The notes below the pieces were generated by a model. It made no database searches and was not told where the DNA came from. It saw nothing but the letters and a program-made list of their open reading frames with translations. A DNA stretch of 64,000 nt from Octopus sinensis (lineage: Eukaryota): assembly GCF_006345805.1 (NCBI RefSeq), contig NW_021833047.1, forward strand, positions 1 to 64,000. Direction: 5' to 3'. The position numbers and the translations under genes were made by a program. Shown here piece after piece: positions 31,074-42,776 of the stretch (position 1 is the stretch's first letter; the number at the start of each line of letters is the position of its first letter).

Positions 31074-31271
31074 TGACAGTCACGTGACGAAAACGTTCTC
31101 TTTCACTGAACCTAAACACACAACCTTTTGACAAAACGTTGCCTTTTCTCTTTTCTCTTTGGTAATCTCGTGTCTCAATCCGAAATTCTGTGCTAAACGC
31201 ATCAGTCAAACCTTTATTAGAACCACCACTCCGGAACAAAACTATACAATAATTCTTCAACACACACCAAT
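31074..31271 (-). CDS. PAN-domain gene, candidate exon (198 nt, phase 1-1)
   Basis: ctatgtag|AT...GTC A|gtaaat; open frame DWCVLKNYCIVLFRSGGSNKGLTDAFSTEFRIETRDYQREKRKGNVLSKGCVFRFSERERFRHVTV; 122-nt intron to the PAN exon. Confidence 0.55.
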
Positions 31272-31393
31272 CTACATAGACTAGAGAAATCGCAGCAACT
31301 TTTCAAATGCTGACAGTATTGTCTCTCTTTAGACTAAAACATAGAATACAAGTGAAGGAATGAAATAAACCCAGAAGATTCAAATTTTTTTAC

Positions 31394-31651
31394 CGTCTGT
31401 ATAATTGGTCGGCACAGATCTTCTCAACTGATAAAAATCGGTATTAGTTGCGCCTATTAGCATTTTCTCTGTTGCGTCATCTTTGTATAAAATACAGCTT
31501 GGACTTATCGTTCTGCTCACGAAGGATTTACATGCAGAAGATTCAAAACACCTCTTCGAACAGTCGTAGGCATCCACATCAAGTGTCATCAATGTTTTAC
31601 CTTCCTTGAGAAGACAGTTTCCTACTTTTATAAAATAGTTCAGATGTTCAA
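31394..31651 (-). CDS. PAN-domain gene, first PAN exon (258 nt, phase 1-1)
   Basis: ttgttacag|TT...GAC G|gtaaaa; EHLNYFIKVGNCLLKEGKTLMTLDVDAYDCSKRCFESSACKSFVSRTISPSCILYKDD...FYQLRR. Confidence 0.85.
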
Positions 31652-31972
31652 CTGTAACAAAGTCAGGAAAATTAAACAACCAAAGTACGAAGACGAAAAT
31701 AAAAGATTTTCGAAATAGATAATATAAAGAGAGAGAATATTAAATGTTTGACGATCAATACTGATATTTTTACCAGGAAGAAGTGATAAATTTGTTACTA
31801 CCATAATGTAGGGATAATTAATCCATTCTATTATTTAAATGATTCATATGATATGTTCTGTAATGTTTTATGCTTGTGTATTGTAAAGTTTGCCCGATTA
31901 TCAGAACTTAATTTTAATAAAATGCCTACAAACTGACGAAAAACTGAAATACAACGAGTACGAAGAGCTTAC

Positions 31973-32050
31973 TTTCAGAACCACATCTATGCCTCTGAAT
32001 GGCTTTTGAGTAATTGTTAATAGCAACAACTTGAATATATCTGATTTTGA
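31973..32050 (-). CDS. PAN-domain gene, candidate small exon (78 nt, phase 1-1)
   Basis: tattccag|TC...GAA A|gtaagc; KIRYIQVVAINNYSKAIQRHRCGSE; strong donor, moderate acceptor. Confidence 0.45.
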
Positions 32051-32384
32051 CTGGAATACTAAGATTCGCCTCCTGTCTATGTAACATCTATCCCAGTTTG
32101 ACTGAAAAAAATTTCACGTGCGTGAAATTACAGATTGTATTTTAATGGTTATCATGAAACCGACCAAAGATGCACTTATATTGGTTTTGAAAGTAACTCC
32201 TTATTATGTTAAGAATTGAATTCACCATCATACGGCTGTTTCGTATTGAACTAAAAATTATAAATTTTCTTTTCAACAAATTTATTTTGAGATGGAACAT
32301 ATTTTCCTATACTGAACTTATAAATTAAATTTTTGCATTCTGATTTTTCATAATTTTCATAGATATTAATATAAATCTACTCAC

Positions 32385-32420
32385 GTCCATTTCCAAATGT
32401 CAATGAGATGTAGAAGAGAA
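32385..32420 (-). CDS. PAN-domain gene, signal-peptide micro-exon (36 nt, phase 1-1)
   Basis: ttttcgttgcag|TT CTC TTC TAC ATC TCA TTG ACA TTT GGA AAT GGA C|gtgagt, encoding (V)LFYISLTFGNG; strong splice sites. Confidence 0.68.
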
Positions 32421-32570
32421 CTGCAACGAAAATTTATTTTGTAAAATATTTTATATTCCATGTCCACGTTTAACATTAATTTACAAACATTAAAGACGAA
32501 AAGATTAAGAAAGAGAAGTGTTATATGCATAATTCGATAATAAATACGACGATGACCACCACCACATCAC

Positions 32571-32601
32571 CATAAAAATATAATGCGAGAGTTGACCACA
32601 T
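32571..32601 (-). CDS. PAN-domain gene, first coding exon (31 nt)
   Basis: ATG TGG TCA ACT CTC GCA TTA TAT TTT TAT G|gtgatg; spliced to the next exon it gives the signal peptide MWSTLALYFYVLFYISLTFGNG; donor is non-optimal. Confidence 0.6.
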
Positions 32602-33490
32602 TCTTTCTGCTGATCCATTCCTTGTCAAACCCAATTATGTTCTTAGAAAGGAATCTATGTCCACTGGATCATGTACCATCATTTGGAGACAAGAACGGTT
32701 AGGAAGGGATAAAACATCAAAGACGATACATAATAACCACCTGACCACAATCGGGGAAATGACAGACAAAGATATCAAAAAGAAATCGTACAAGGATAAA
32801 TTTATCAAAGAATGAAACAATAATATTTGTACTCAGATTGATATCGCAATTACTTTTTGCAAAAACATTTCCTGGTGAGAGATGTGGAAACTGTCAATAT
32901 TCACGATCCATGAATTTAAAATGAACAAGAATCAGGTATGAATTTGAAAACGATATGACTGAAGTACAAGATAAAAGCCATATCAACGATATTCTCAGTT
33001 CAAAAGATGATCCAGTTAAACCCGGCCCACATGGTACGCAAGACACTTTCAATTTAGCCGTACATCTCAAATAGTTCCCTATATAATCACCGACCAATAA
33101 AATATTTACATTTTACACAACACATACTGTAAAGAATCACAGCGAAACAATGTAACACAACACATTCTCCAGACATTAACTGATCCAATAAAATAAACAA
33201 AATATATTCATAAATATATGCGAGAAAATAAAATTTAAAGAAAATTTGAAGAGAAACTATCTAATGAAATACAACCCAAAATATTTATTCATGCATAAAC
33301 AATATATATACACACACATATATATACACACACATATATAAATACACACACACACACACACATATATATAATTATTTGTATATTCATGTCTCTCTCTATA
33401 TATATATACATATATACATACATACATACATACATATATACATACATACATGCATGCATACATACATACATACATACATACATACATACA

Positions 33491-33526
<36 letters not shown>

Positions 33527-33677
33527 TATACAGATATATAATTCAGTGTACATTTACACAAACGAAGTGACCCTAGCAGGACACCATACACGCTAAAAGG
33601 AGCAGTCAAAGCCCAAACCACGGTTAAGAGTAATTTCGAAGGGAATGAAAAATAAAAACATTTTCAATAGTTAGCAC

Positions 33678-33756
<79 letters not shown>

Positions 33757-33989
33757 AAATACAACACACACAATATAATATATATACATGCATGTATATA
33801 ATAAATGAAAACAGAAGATGGAATATACAAAGATATATTATTAATCACAACAATTGTTTCGACATATCTAGCATCGACTCCTGTGTGTGTATATATAAAA
33901 ATACACAACACACATTAATAGTAATGGTAAGACAGCAAAAGAATGAAAGGGAACTCGATATTATGTAAATAGAGGAATTTATTTGTAAT

Positions 33990-34178
33990 ATATGTGACAA
34001 TTATTCGGTTGCTGTGATAAAACTCCGAGTTTCGGATGTCGGGGCGGAAACCTGCACCGGCATCTCTTCAATCATCGACGCAATTAATTACCTCGATGAC
34101 TGAAGAGATGATGGTGCAGGTTTCCGCCCCGACATCCGAAACTCGTTTTATCATGGCAACCAAATAATTGTCACATAT
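33990..34178. repeat. Long inverted repeat (~88-bp arms, 14-nt loop) of a PLE-type terminus
   Basis: atatgtgacaattatt...atcatcga / tcgatgac...aataattgtcacatat. Confidence 0.9.
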
Positions 34179-34250
34179 TATATTACAGATATTATATATA
34201 TATATAAATAAATAAATAATATATATATAGATAAATAAATATAAAAATAG

Positions 34251-34303
<53 letters not shown>

Positions 34304-34324
34304 GTATGTATAATGTATTATATA

Positions 34325-34373
<49 letters not shown>

Positions 34374-34508
34374 TATATATGTATGTATATATATACACAC
34401 ATGCAGATATGGGTACAGGACGTCACCAACAATAAATATGAAATACGAAAACAAATGAATTAAATACACAAACAACGAGAGAAAAATGGAAAATTTGACA
34501 AATAATAC

Positions 34509-34584
<76 letters not shown>

Positions 34585-34895
34585 TGGTGTGTTCTTGCGT
34601 GGCCTTAGTCGTAATAGCTAATTGTTAGATAATTAAAACATGACATATTAGATGTATAATAAAAGGTTTACATACAAATAATTTGAAGACAATTCCTCTC
34701 CAACATCCTTTCTGTTTTCAGGAGCAAGGATGGCTGTCGAGAATGATATGCTACTAGTTTAATCTATTTTCTTTATGAAGGATGATTATGGCATGAATTT
34801 CTAACGTATTAACATATTGACTTACAGCCTATTTATGAAGGTATGTCATTAAATGATACAAACATATACATATATATAATATATCATTTATTACT

Positions 34896-34955
<60 letters not shown>

Positions 34956-34986
34956 GTATATATGCATGTATATTTGTGCATATACA

Positions 34987-35022
<36 letters not shown>

Positions 35023-35027
35023 TACAC

Positions 35028-35505
35028 TGGCGAAAATAAATTTAAGACCGATGATAAAAGTTCTCTTTCTTACACAACTTTTGCTACTAACACCATACAA
35101 ATTATTTTTATCTTTTACACCTTATGCAGAATTTATTTCTCTTTCGAATGATGCAGACAATAACTATTTTATACTACTTGAAGAATTCTAAAGCTAAATT
35201 AATATAAACGTTTCAAATTTACCGGCAAAATTAATTTAAGACCATGTAATATGTATGCAAATTTTTTGCCAAAATGAGTACTAAGTACTAATATGTATTT
35301 CGTTCTTGTTGCTGATTTTTGCTACAATCTTAAGCTTTAAATAAAATTATAATGATGCGGTCTTAAACTAATAGTTATTGTCTGCGTCATTCGAAGAGAA
35401 ATAAATTCTGCATAAGGTGTAAAAGAAATAAATAATTTGTATGGTGTTAGTAACAAATATTTTGTAAGAAATAGAACTTTATCATCGGTCTTAAATTATT
35501 TTCGC

Positions 35506-35507
<2 letters not shown>
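35028..35507. mobile_element. Fold-back MITE (~140-bp arms) inserted in (TA)n
   Basis: tggcgaaaataaatttaagaccgatgataaa...gcagacaataactatt versus its reverse complement ending ttattttcgcca. Confidence 0.85.
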
Positions 35508-35603
<96 letters not shown>

Positions 35604-35629
35604 AGATAGATAGATAGATAGATATATTA

Positions 35630-35824
35630 TATCATTATCCACACAGCCTTTGCCCGAGGACAATCTGTGGACCGTGACTCTGCTCTTTCTCCTCGCACCC
35701 GCCTCCCTTTTCTCGTCACTTATCACCCCTTCCTCCTACTCTTCCACCACACTATTCTCCCTATTAAGTTGACACATTCGAACACACAGACACAGTCTTT
35801 TCAGTTCTTGACCGTTAAGTCTTG

Positions 35825-35855
<31 letters not shown>

Positions 35856-36350
35856 CCACACACACTTCCACGCATTCAAAGACGGACACACACACATTAA
35901 GGCAATTTTACACACTCATACATTCGAGCACTCATTCATAAAATAAATCAAATATAAACACCAGTCATACAGAATACATTCACTCTCTTTAATTTTCCTA
36001 TACCTTCCTTCTCCTACCTTGATTCTGCCCTTGAACTATGTCAACGGACAATTTCTCCTGCTTTCATCCAATCTGGCGTCATCCCCTATAAATAGACATT
36101 ATTTATCATTATTTTTATGGGCTCCTCGTGAGCAGTCGTCGAAAAGCTTGTTGTGCATTTTGTTGGAGAATTAAGTTCCTGGATTTTCCTGAAGAGAAAG
36201 CTGAATAATGGACTCCTTATTCACTCGGAATTAGGGACTTTGCAGACTTCGAAACATATGTCGAAAATAAAATAAAGGAATTTTGTTAAATCTTCGTTCA
36301 GTTCCATTCTTTCCTATACTTAATATATAAAACTTCAAATTTCCGCACTA
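35630..36350 (+). mobile_element. Internally deleted Penelope-like element with pLTR-like 3' end
   Basis: IIHTAFARGQSVDRDSAL...RLPFLVTYHP (PLE RT-to-GIY-YIG linker motif), TATAAATA at ~36087, hammerhead motif and downstream AATAAA. Confidence 0.65.
36183..36268 (+). ncRNA. Type I minimal hammerhead ribozyme motif
   Basis: ATTTTC-CTGAAGA-GAA...TTC-GAAA-CATATG-TC-GAAAAT: complete core, 6-bp stem I, G10.1-C11.1 stem II, palindromic stem III ACATATGT, GUC cleavage triplet. Confidence 0.8.
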
Positions 36351-36502
36351 AGGCACGGATTTTATGCCCTATGGTCGTAACTTCAACCGTGCCTTTTCTG
36401 TTGTGAGTTGCTACCAGGTATCGGTTATCTTTCGAATTATCCGTAATAAGATAATCATTTGTCTACTAAAAATATATATATATAATATATTTATATATAT
36501 AT

Positions 36503-36539
<37 letters not shown>

Positions 36540-36639
36540 CTATATATATATATATAATATATATAATATACCACAGTATCGACCAGGCGATCGAATGTTG
36601 TTATTCATCGTTGGTCACAATGCGCTTCACATTATTTTA

Positions 36640-36830
36640 GCTTTCGAATGATGCCACCCTGATCGGGAGGTTGTTCCGCCACAGAGTTACTCATTTACAG
36701 CTGAATGCACGAGGACTGTGAAATGAAAAGTTATGCTCAAGGACACAACGCATCGCTAGGCCAGGGAATCGAAGCCATAATCTAACCATCTTGAGTGCAG
36801 TCACTCTAACCATTACTCCACGCGCCTTCA
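36640..36830 (-). mobile_element. tRNA-derived SINE (second family)
   Basis: Reverse complement gtgaaggcgcgtggagtaatggttagagtg...ggcttcgattccctgg...ttgtgtccttgagca with A/B-box-like motifs. Confidence 0.7.
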
Positions 36831-36918
36831 CACACACGCGTTCACGAACACACACACATGCACAAGCATATATGTATGTATATTTATATATATATATATA
36901 TATAGATATATATATATA

Positions 36919-36998
<80 letters not shown>

Positions 36999-37069
36999 TA
37001 TGTGCGTATGTATGTGTGTATGTTTGTATATATATATTTTTTATATTCCATACATATGTAAAAAATATG

Positions 37070-37600
37070 ACAGTTTAATCAAACCAACGATACAGTGTCA
37101 CCTGAACTTTCTGACCAAGATACTTTCATGGAATGTGACCAAAAAAGTTATTTTTCAACTTGCACCACACCCCTTGCGCTCAATGCTCCTCTTTCATTGG
37201 CGTTGCACTACTTGGATCCCACGGGAGGAAGAAGTTTTCATCCTGTTGATAAAAAAAATACATTGACACCAGATATGGCGTCATCGTCCCTGCGATACCG
37301 GCACCGATGAGCAGAAACCTTCGTCATGCCTGTCTCATTGTGCAGAATATTTGCAACTCTCCCACGGGATATGCTAACAGCATTGGCTATTTGATTTATA
37401 GTCGATCGCCTGTCATGTACACCAGCATGTGGTGAACAAACCAATTTTTCCTCTCGGTGGTCACAGTTGCAGGTCGTCCAGACCTGGGATTATCTCCATT
37501 CCCCTCCTAAATTCAGATGCCTACTTTTGCAGCGAGGGTAAGGTTGGGACGTCAGCCCCTTCTCTATTGGGAATATTATCGTCCACGAATATGGGTGGGG
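37070..37600 (-). mobile_element. Internally deleted mariner relic
   Basis: DRRSTINQIANAVSISRGRVANILHNETGMTKVSA is joined directly to the C-terminal DDDAISGVNVFF...VQVEK. Confidence 0.72.
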
Positions 37601-38289
37601 TGGGGGAGCATGTGATTACGCGTGTGTAGCGTGTATTTAATACATCAAAATTTCAGCTTAGTTATTGCAGAGGGAATGCTCACAATCACAATATTTGACC
37701 AATAAAAACGATGATTCAAAGCGATAATGATTCACAGAACTTAGGAGTAATCATGTGCATTTTTCATCAACCACATCACCAAACTGACATCTAAACGCAT
37801 CACACACACACACACACACACACCACACACACACACACATATATTTTCGTTTTTGGATTTCGTTTGCAAGATTCTTCATGTGGGTTCGTGTGTTGTTGAG
37901 AGTCAACAACTATCGAAAAGGTTGCAAGACGCAACGAAAATTTTAGAAAAATAAATAAATGAGTGGAAATTTTACCGGTGTGGGTGTTAAATTATAAGGC
38001 ACTAAAAGAGAATGACTCTCCCCAGACACAACAGTATATACATATATAATGTCTTTCTGTGCAATATCTTATGGTTGTTGGTTACTGTAATTCTACGACT
38101 GTCCTTCTGTTCCCACTCACAGTGACAATCCACACACACCGGTCAACATCTGGTGTGACATTGTCTTTCATTTCTATGAATTTCTCTATCCTTCTCCTAT
38201 CCCATTATCTCACCCCTCTTGTTTGCAAAACCTTCTCTGTCTATTTCTGTTTGCCTCTCCCCTTCTCTCTCTACGTATCCGCTGCCTTT

Positions 38290-38640
38290 TTTCCTTTAAT
38301 GTGGTATGAAAGAAAGAAAAGTGGTGAATCTAGTTGAGTTAACTGTTTCTCATAACGATAACATGGATGCCACTCGGGATCGAAAGATTGATCGTTATGT
38401 AAACCTGATCGAGGAATGTGAAGACGCAGGCTGGAAAGCGGAGCATTTTCCAATCGAAGTCGGATGTAAAGGATTTGTTGTACACAGGTGAGACGACTGT
38501 TGTTATCGTTAGGTCTAACTCATCGTAAGATCAATACCACCATGACCGATATCCAAACTACAGTGGAAAGGCTAGCCACTGGATTTGGTTAAAAGTGACG
38601 ATGAATGATGGCTAGAAGAATATTGAACTATATCTGATAA
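38290..38640 (+). mobile_element. 3' fragment of an RLE LINE, HERO-like
   Basis: VELTVSHNDN...RDRKIDRY..LIEECEDAGWKAEHFPIEVGCKGF resembles the ELTVPWEE...GW...EVGxRGF RLE C-terminus. Confidence 0.65.
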
Positions 38641-39249
38641 CCAGTTAATATAGCAAACGGGGACTCATATCAGTGAGGAGGGCCTATACGCAATGATGCC
38701 GTCGAAAGGTAGGCCTTAAAATGGCGCGTATTCTCTTCTAATAACCCTATACACTTGCTGGCTTCTGGTCTGCGAAGTTTTCGCCAAGTAGTACTTGCAA
38801 AACACTTCCAGTTTCTTCCTCTGTCCATCAACTACCTATTGTCTATCCTTATTCCCATCTTTCTTCCCCCTTTCTTCCTACCTGTTCTTCCCCAGTCTTC
38901 TCTGCTCCTCTCTATTGGCCCTTCTTCCTTCACTTTTTCGTGCCACGTTACCATCCAATGTTTTTGTCGCCCGTTCTTTTTCTACTTGACCAGTGCATCG
39001 GTAAGACGTGTTTTCTTTTCACTCGCCTAGAATTCACTTCCGACCCTCGGGTTGTCTTATCTTTTCATTTATTCATTCTATCTTTTCTTTCGTTCTATCT
39101 TTCTTCTCTTCTATGCCATTATTCTATCCTTCTCCCGAGTCCTTTCGGATATTATTCGAGGTTTTTTCTCTCTATTACCTTCACTTGTTGAAATATTAAA
39201 ATTAAGTAAAAACCTTAAATTTGGTGAATTGATATAATTTTCACGCTAA

Positions 39250-39645
39250 GTCTCAGGCCCCTATTCACTTGTTCCAGAAAATCATTTAAAAAAGTTTCAG
39301 AGGGTTAAAGTTTGGGTTTTTTGCACTTAATCAGAAAACGAAATCTGGAGCTGCCATTTTGTGCGTGACATTACGACGTCCAAACATTCACGACAGCATT
39401 ACGACGGCAAAACATGTTTTAAACATCTGTATGTATGTTTATAACAAATATTTGTCGATTTTCATTTTTTTTATGTCCTGTGTGTGACTGACTTTGAACT
39501 GGATGACTACCCTCTTTATTTTAATGATTTGGTCCTATCTGATAATCATGCTTCCCAACAGGAAAAACCACTTGGCTGAGAAGCAGTATCGCAGTGATGT
39601 CATATCTGCTGTTGATGACTTTTTCGATCAACAGGATGGCTTCTT
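39250..39645 (+). mobile_element. mariner relic (deleted)
   Basis: C-terminal FPNRKNHLAEKQYRSD-VISAVDDFFDQQDGFF at ~39550-39645. Confidence 0.55.
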
Positions 39646-39934
39646 CTGTTCTATATTTAAGAGATGAGGTATTATGTACATTATTTACATTATTTACATT
39701 TGACGATATTTGTCCTCATCTTGTTTGTGGATAACACAACGTTTCAGCTGATATACCTTCCACTTTCATTTCATAGGTGTTGTGGGAAATTTCGAACCTG
39801 GGTTCTCATTTCTAAGACATTTTTTCGATCTTCTTCTTCTTCTCTCTTCTTCTTTCTCTTCTTTCTTCTTCTTCTTCTCTTCTTCTTCTTCTTCTTTTCT
39901 TCCTTCTTCTTCTTTTATTATTATTATTATATTA

Positions 39935-39975
<41 letters not shown>

Positions 39976-40010
39976 TATTATCATTATTATCATTATTATC
40001 ATTATTATTA

Positions 40011-40063
<53 letters not shown>

Positions 40064-40133
40064 TCACTGCCTGGAATCGAACTCGGAATCTTGGGGTTAG
40101 TAGCCCGCGCTTTTTATCACTACGCCATATGCC
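39646..40133 (-). mobile_element. Composite SINE: tRNA-like head, (AAT)n/(AAG)n spacer and PLE-type tail with degenerate hammerhead
   Basis: Head GGCATATGGCGTAGTGATAA...GAGTTCGATTCC (40133-40062); tail AACAC-CTATGA-...-GAAA-CG-TT-GTGTT (39781-39733). Confidence 0.65.
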
Positions 40134-41364
40134 TACGTGCAGATTAAAAAATCTACCCTTTTCGTAAAAACATTTTAGACCTTGGTTTGCACTAGACCAG
40201 TAAGCCAATGGGCAACAACAGAAATATCTTAAAGCTCAGCTCCCCAAATCATTACAGTGTTTGAATAGAGATTTTGATTAAACCGATACAAAAATTGAAA
40301 GTCTTGGCATTGACATTTGACGTAATGCACAGAGAAATAAGGCCGGCATTCAACAGCTTTGAACAATCTAGACCAAGTTCTTAGCTTCTTATTAGAAGTA
40401 GAATAATGATCCGAAACAAAAGATTAATAGATTGCTCTTCAACATTCATTACATACAACATAAAATATCCGATATCCAACGACCATATATTCAAAAATGA
40501 TAGTTTAGTTTAGGAATTTTGATTGTTTAGGCATTATGTATAAAGGCAGTTGTCAATGTTCCTCCTCAGAGAGAGCATGCTACATGCCCTTGTGGACTAT
40601 GATCCTACAAAACGGCAGTAGATCTATTATCACGCCAGAGATAAATAGAAAATAAGATTAGATTAAGAACTATCAAAATCTAAACCTATGACAACAGCAA
40701 AACGCAAAGACGACGATTATAGTGAACAAGGCACAGATACGCCTTTCTCTCTTTCTTTCTCTCCCCATCTCTCTCTCTCTCTCTCTCTGACTGAATGCTG
40801 TGGTTCAAAGGTTGTTTATTGAAAGGCTTGTAACTAACAACACTGTTGTTCATAAAATCGCTATAAAATGAATAATAAATAGCCTTCCAATTGATTAATG
40901 TTGTCAATTAATCAATGATTATTTGTTAATCGCAATTAAATGGAAAAAACAAAACAGAGTCAATCCTTGGTTTATATCATACCATTGTAAATGAATATAT
41001 TGAACAAAGGACGTTTAACATTATTAATATCACCTAAGTGCATCTCGGAGTTGTAAATAAGGTAACACCAGAACAGGATACTGTAAAACAGGTCAACACT
41101 CTTTAATATACTGTAGTAAAAAGTTGGGGTCAGTAATCGGTTCCATTCTCCTCCTCCGTTGCTGACTGTGCCACAATTGACCATATACCTTAGTGACAAT
41201 GGCAGCGAATTGACGAAACGATGAGTTAATGCCCGTTATCACATTCCTCTACGTCTGCTTTTCAAATTTGGTTGAACTCGATTTTATCATTTATCCCAGC
41301 AGAGTCGATAATATAAGAATCAGTCATACAATTCAAACGATTGTTGCCAGTTCACCCATGCTTG

Positions 41365-42776
41365 CATGTATGTATGTATGTAGTATGTATGTATGTAGTA
41401 TGTATGTATGTATGTATGATGTATGTATGTATGTATGTAATGTATGTATGTATGTATGTATGCATGCATGTATGTATGTATGTATGTGTGTATGTATGTA
41501 TGCATGTATGTATGCATGCATGTATGTATGTATGTATGTATGTATGCATGTATGTATGCATGCATGTATGTATGTATGTATGTATGTATGCATGTACGCA
41601 TGCATGCATGTATGTATGTATGTATGTATGTATGCATGTATACATGCATTCATGCATGTATGTATGTATTATGTAGTATGTATGTATGTATGTATGTATG
41701 TATGTATGTATGTATGTATGTATGTATGTTGTATGTATGCATGCATGTATGCTGCACGATCAATATTTCCAACACGCTAACTCGAACTGTGCCTAGACTT
41801 CGAAGACCAAGCTATGAACTGCTGACTATGTCAGACTGATACTATTTATATGCATGATCTCGTCTATTCTCATCAGAGGTGTCGTACTCACGCCACAACA
41901 GTATGTATGTATGTATGTATGTATGTATGTATGTATGTATGTATGTATGTATGTTATGTATGTATGTATGCTTGTATGTGCGTATGCATGTATGCATGCA
42001 TATATGCATGTATGCATGCATGTATGTATGCATTATATGTCAGGTCAGGCCACCTGTGAAGTTTCTCATGAGCGCTACTGGTAACATGAAATCCTGTACA
42101 ACCTGTTGCAAGGTCAGGTCGTCAACGACTAAACTGACACGTTCATAGGTTAACCTGGCGAGTAAGATTACTACAAAACCCAACAGGACTAAAAGCAAGA
42201 CCTTTCAAAAGACCAGATGAACCGGGTGTAAATTCAATGACCATCTAGCCATAGCTTGTGCATTCAGCTATTCCGAGTTTGTGCCCGACGTACTGGAAAG
42301 CCAGTGGGTGTGAGGCACCCTTAGCTTTTGTTAAAGCATGCTTCGAGGAGAAGATCACTTTGATATAAAACTGGATATGTAGGGAAAAGGACTTTGAGGA
42401 ATCTTTTGTTTGCACTTGAGATCATGGCGCTTCCACATTTCTGAGCCTGCAACCCATATTGGCACTGGGTATCTTGGCCTGTCTGTGGATCATGCGAATA
42501 GGGTGGAAAGGGTCCAAGAGGTGTTGTGCAAGCTTTCTGGACCTGAAAGTTTGTACATATATTGCTGACATTTTGCATGGGTCATTGTCAGTGATGGTCT
42601 GGTCTTCCTCGGTCACAAGTGGACAGCTATCATAATATTATGTATGTATGTATGTATGTATGTATGTATGTATGTATGTATGTATGTATGTATGTATGTA
42701 TGTATGTATGTATGCATGTACGTATGTATGTATGTATGTATGTATGTATGTATGTATGTATGTATGTATGTATGTA
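41365..42776. repeat. (ATGT)n/(ATGC)n microsatellite arrays (41365-41750, 41900-42040, 42640-42776)
   Basis: Directly visible. Confidence 0.97.

Larger units (their letters stand above)
33290..37040. repeat. Dense cluster of (TA)n, (TACA)n, (CA)n and (GA)n microsatellites interleaved with short TE relics
   Basis: Directly visible; accounts for the YI/YV/HT low-complexity ORFs. Confidence 0.95.

Noticed and set aside
32580-32700. Plus-strand peptide LLIHSLSNPIMF resembling GPCR TM7
   Set aside because: It is short, isolated and antisense to the better-supported first exon.
40062-40133. tRNA-Ser(ACT)-like gene
   Set aside because: The acceptor and anticodon stems do not pair properly and it is followed by (AAT)n; it is interpreted as a SINE head.
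41780-41890. Minus-strand CTGATGA...GAAG hammerhead-like string (similarly 47880-47960)
   Set aside because: The core is incomplete (GAAG, or an inserted base) and stems I and III do not pair convincingly.
42150-42620. ORFs 42321..42578 and 42422..42616
   Set aside because: No recognisable motif; probably an unclassified TE relic between microsatellites.
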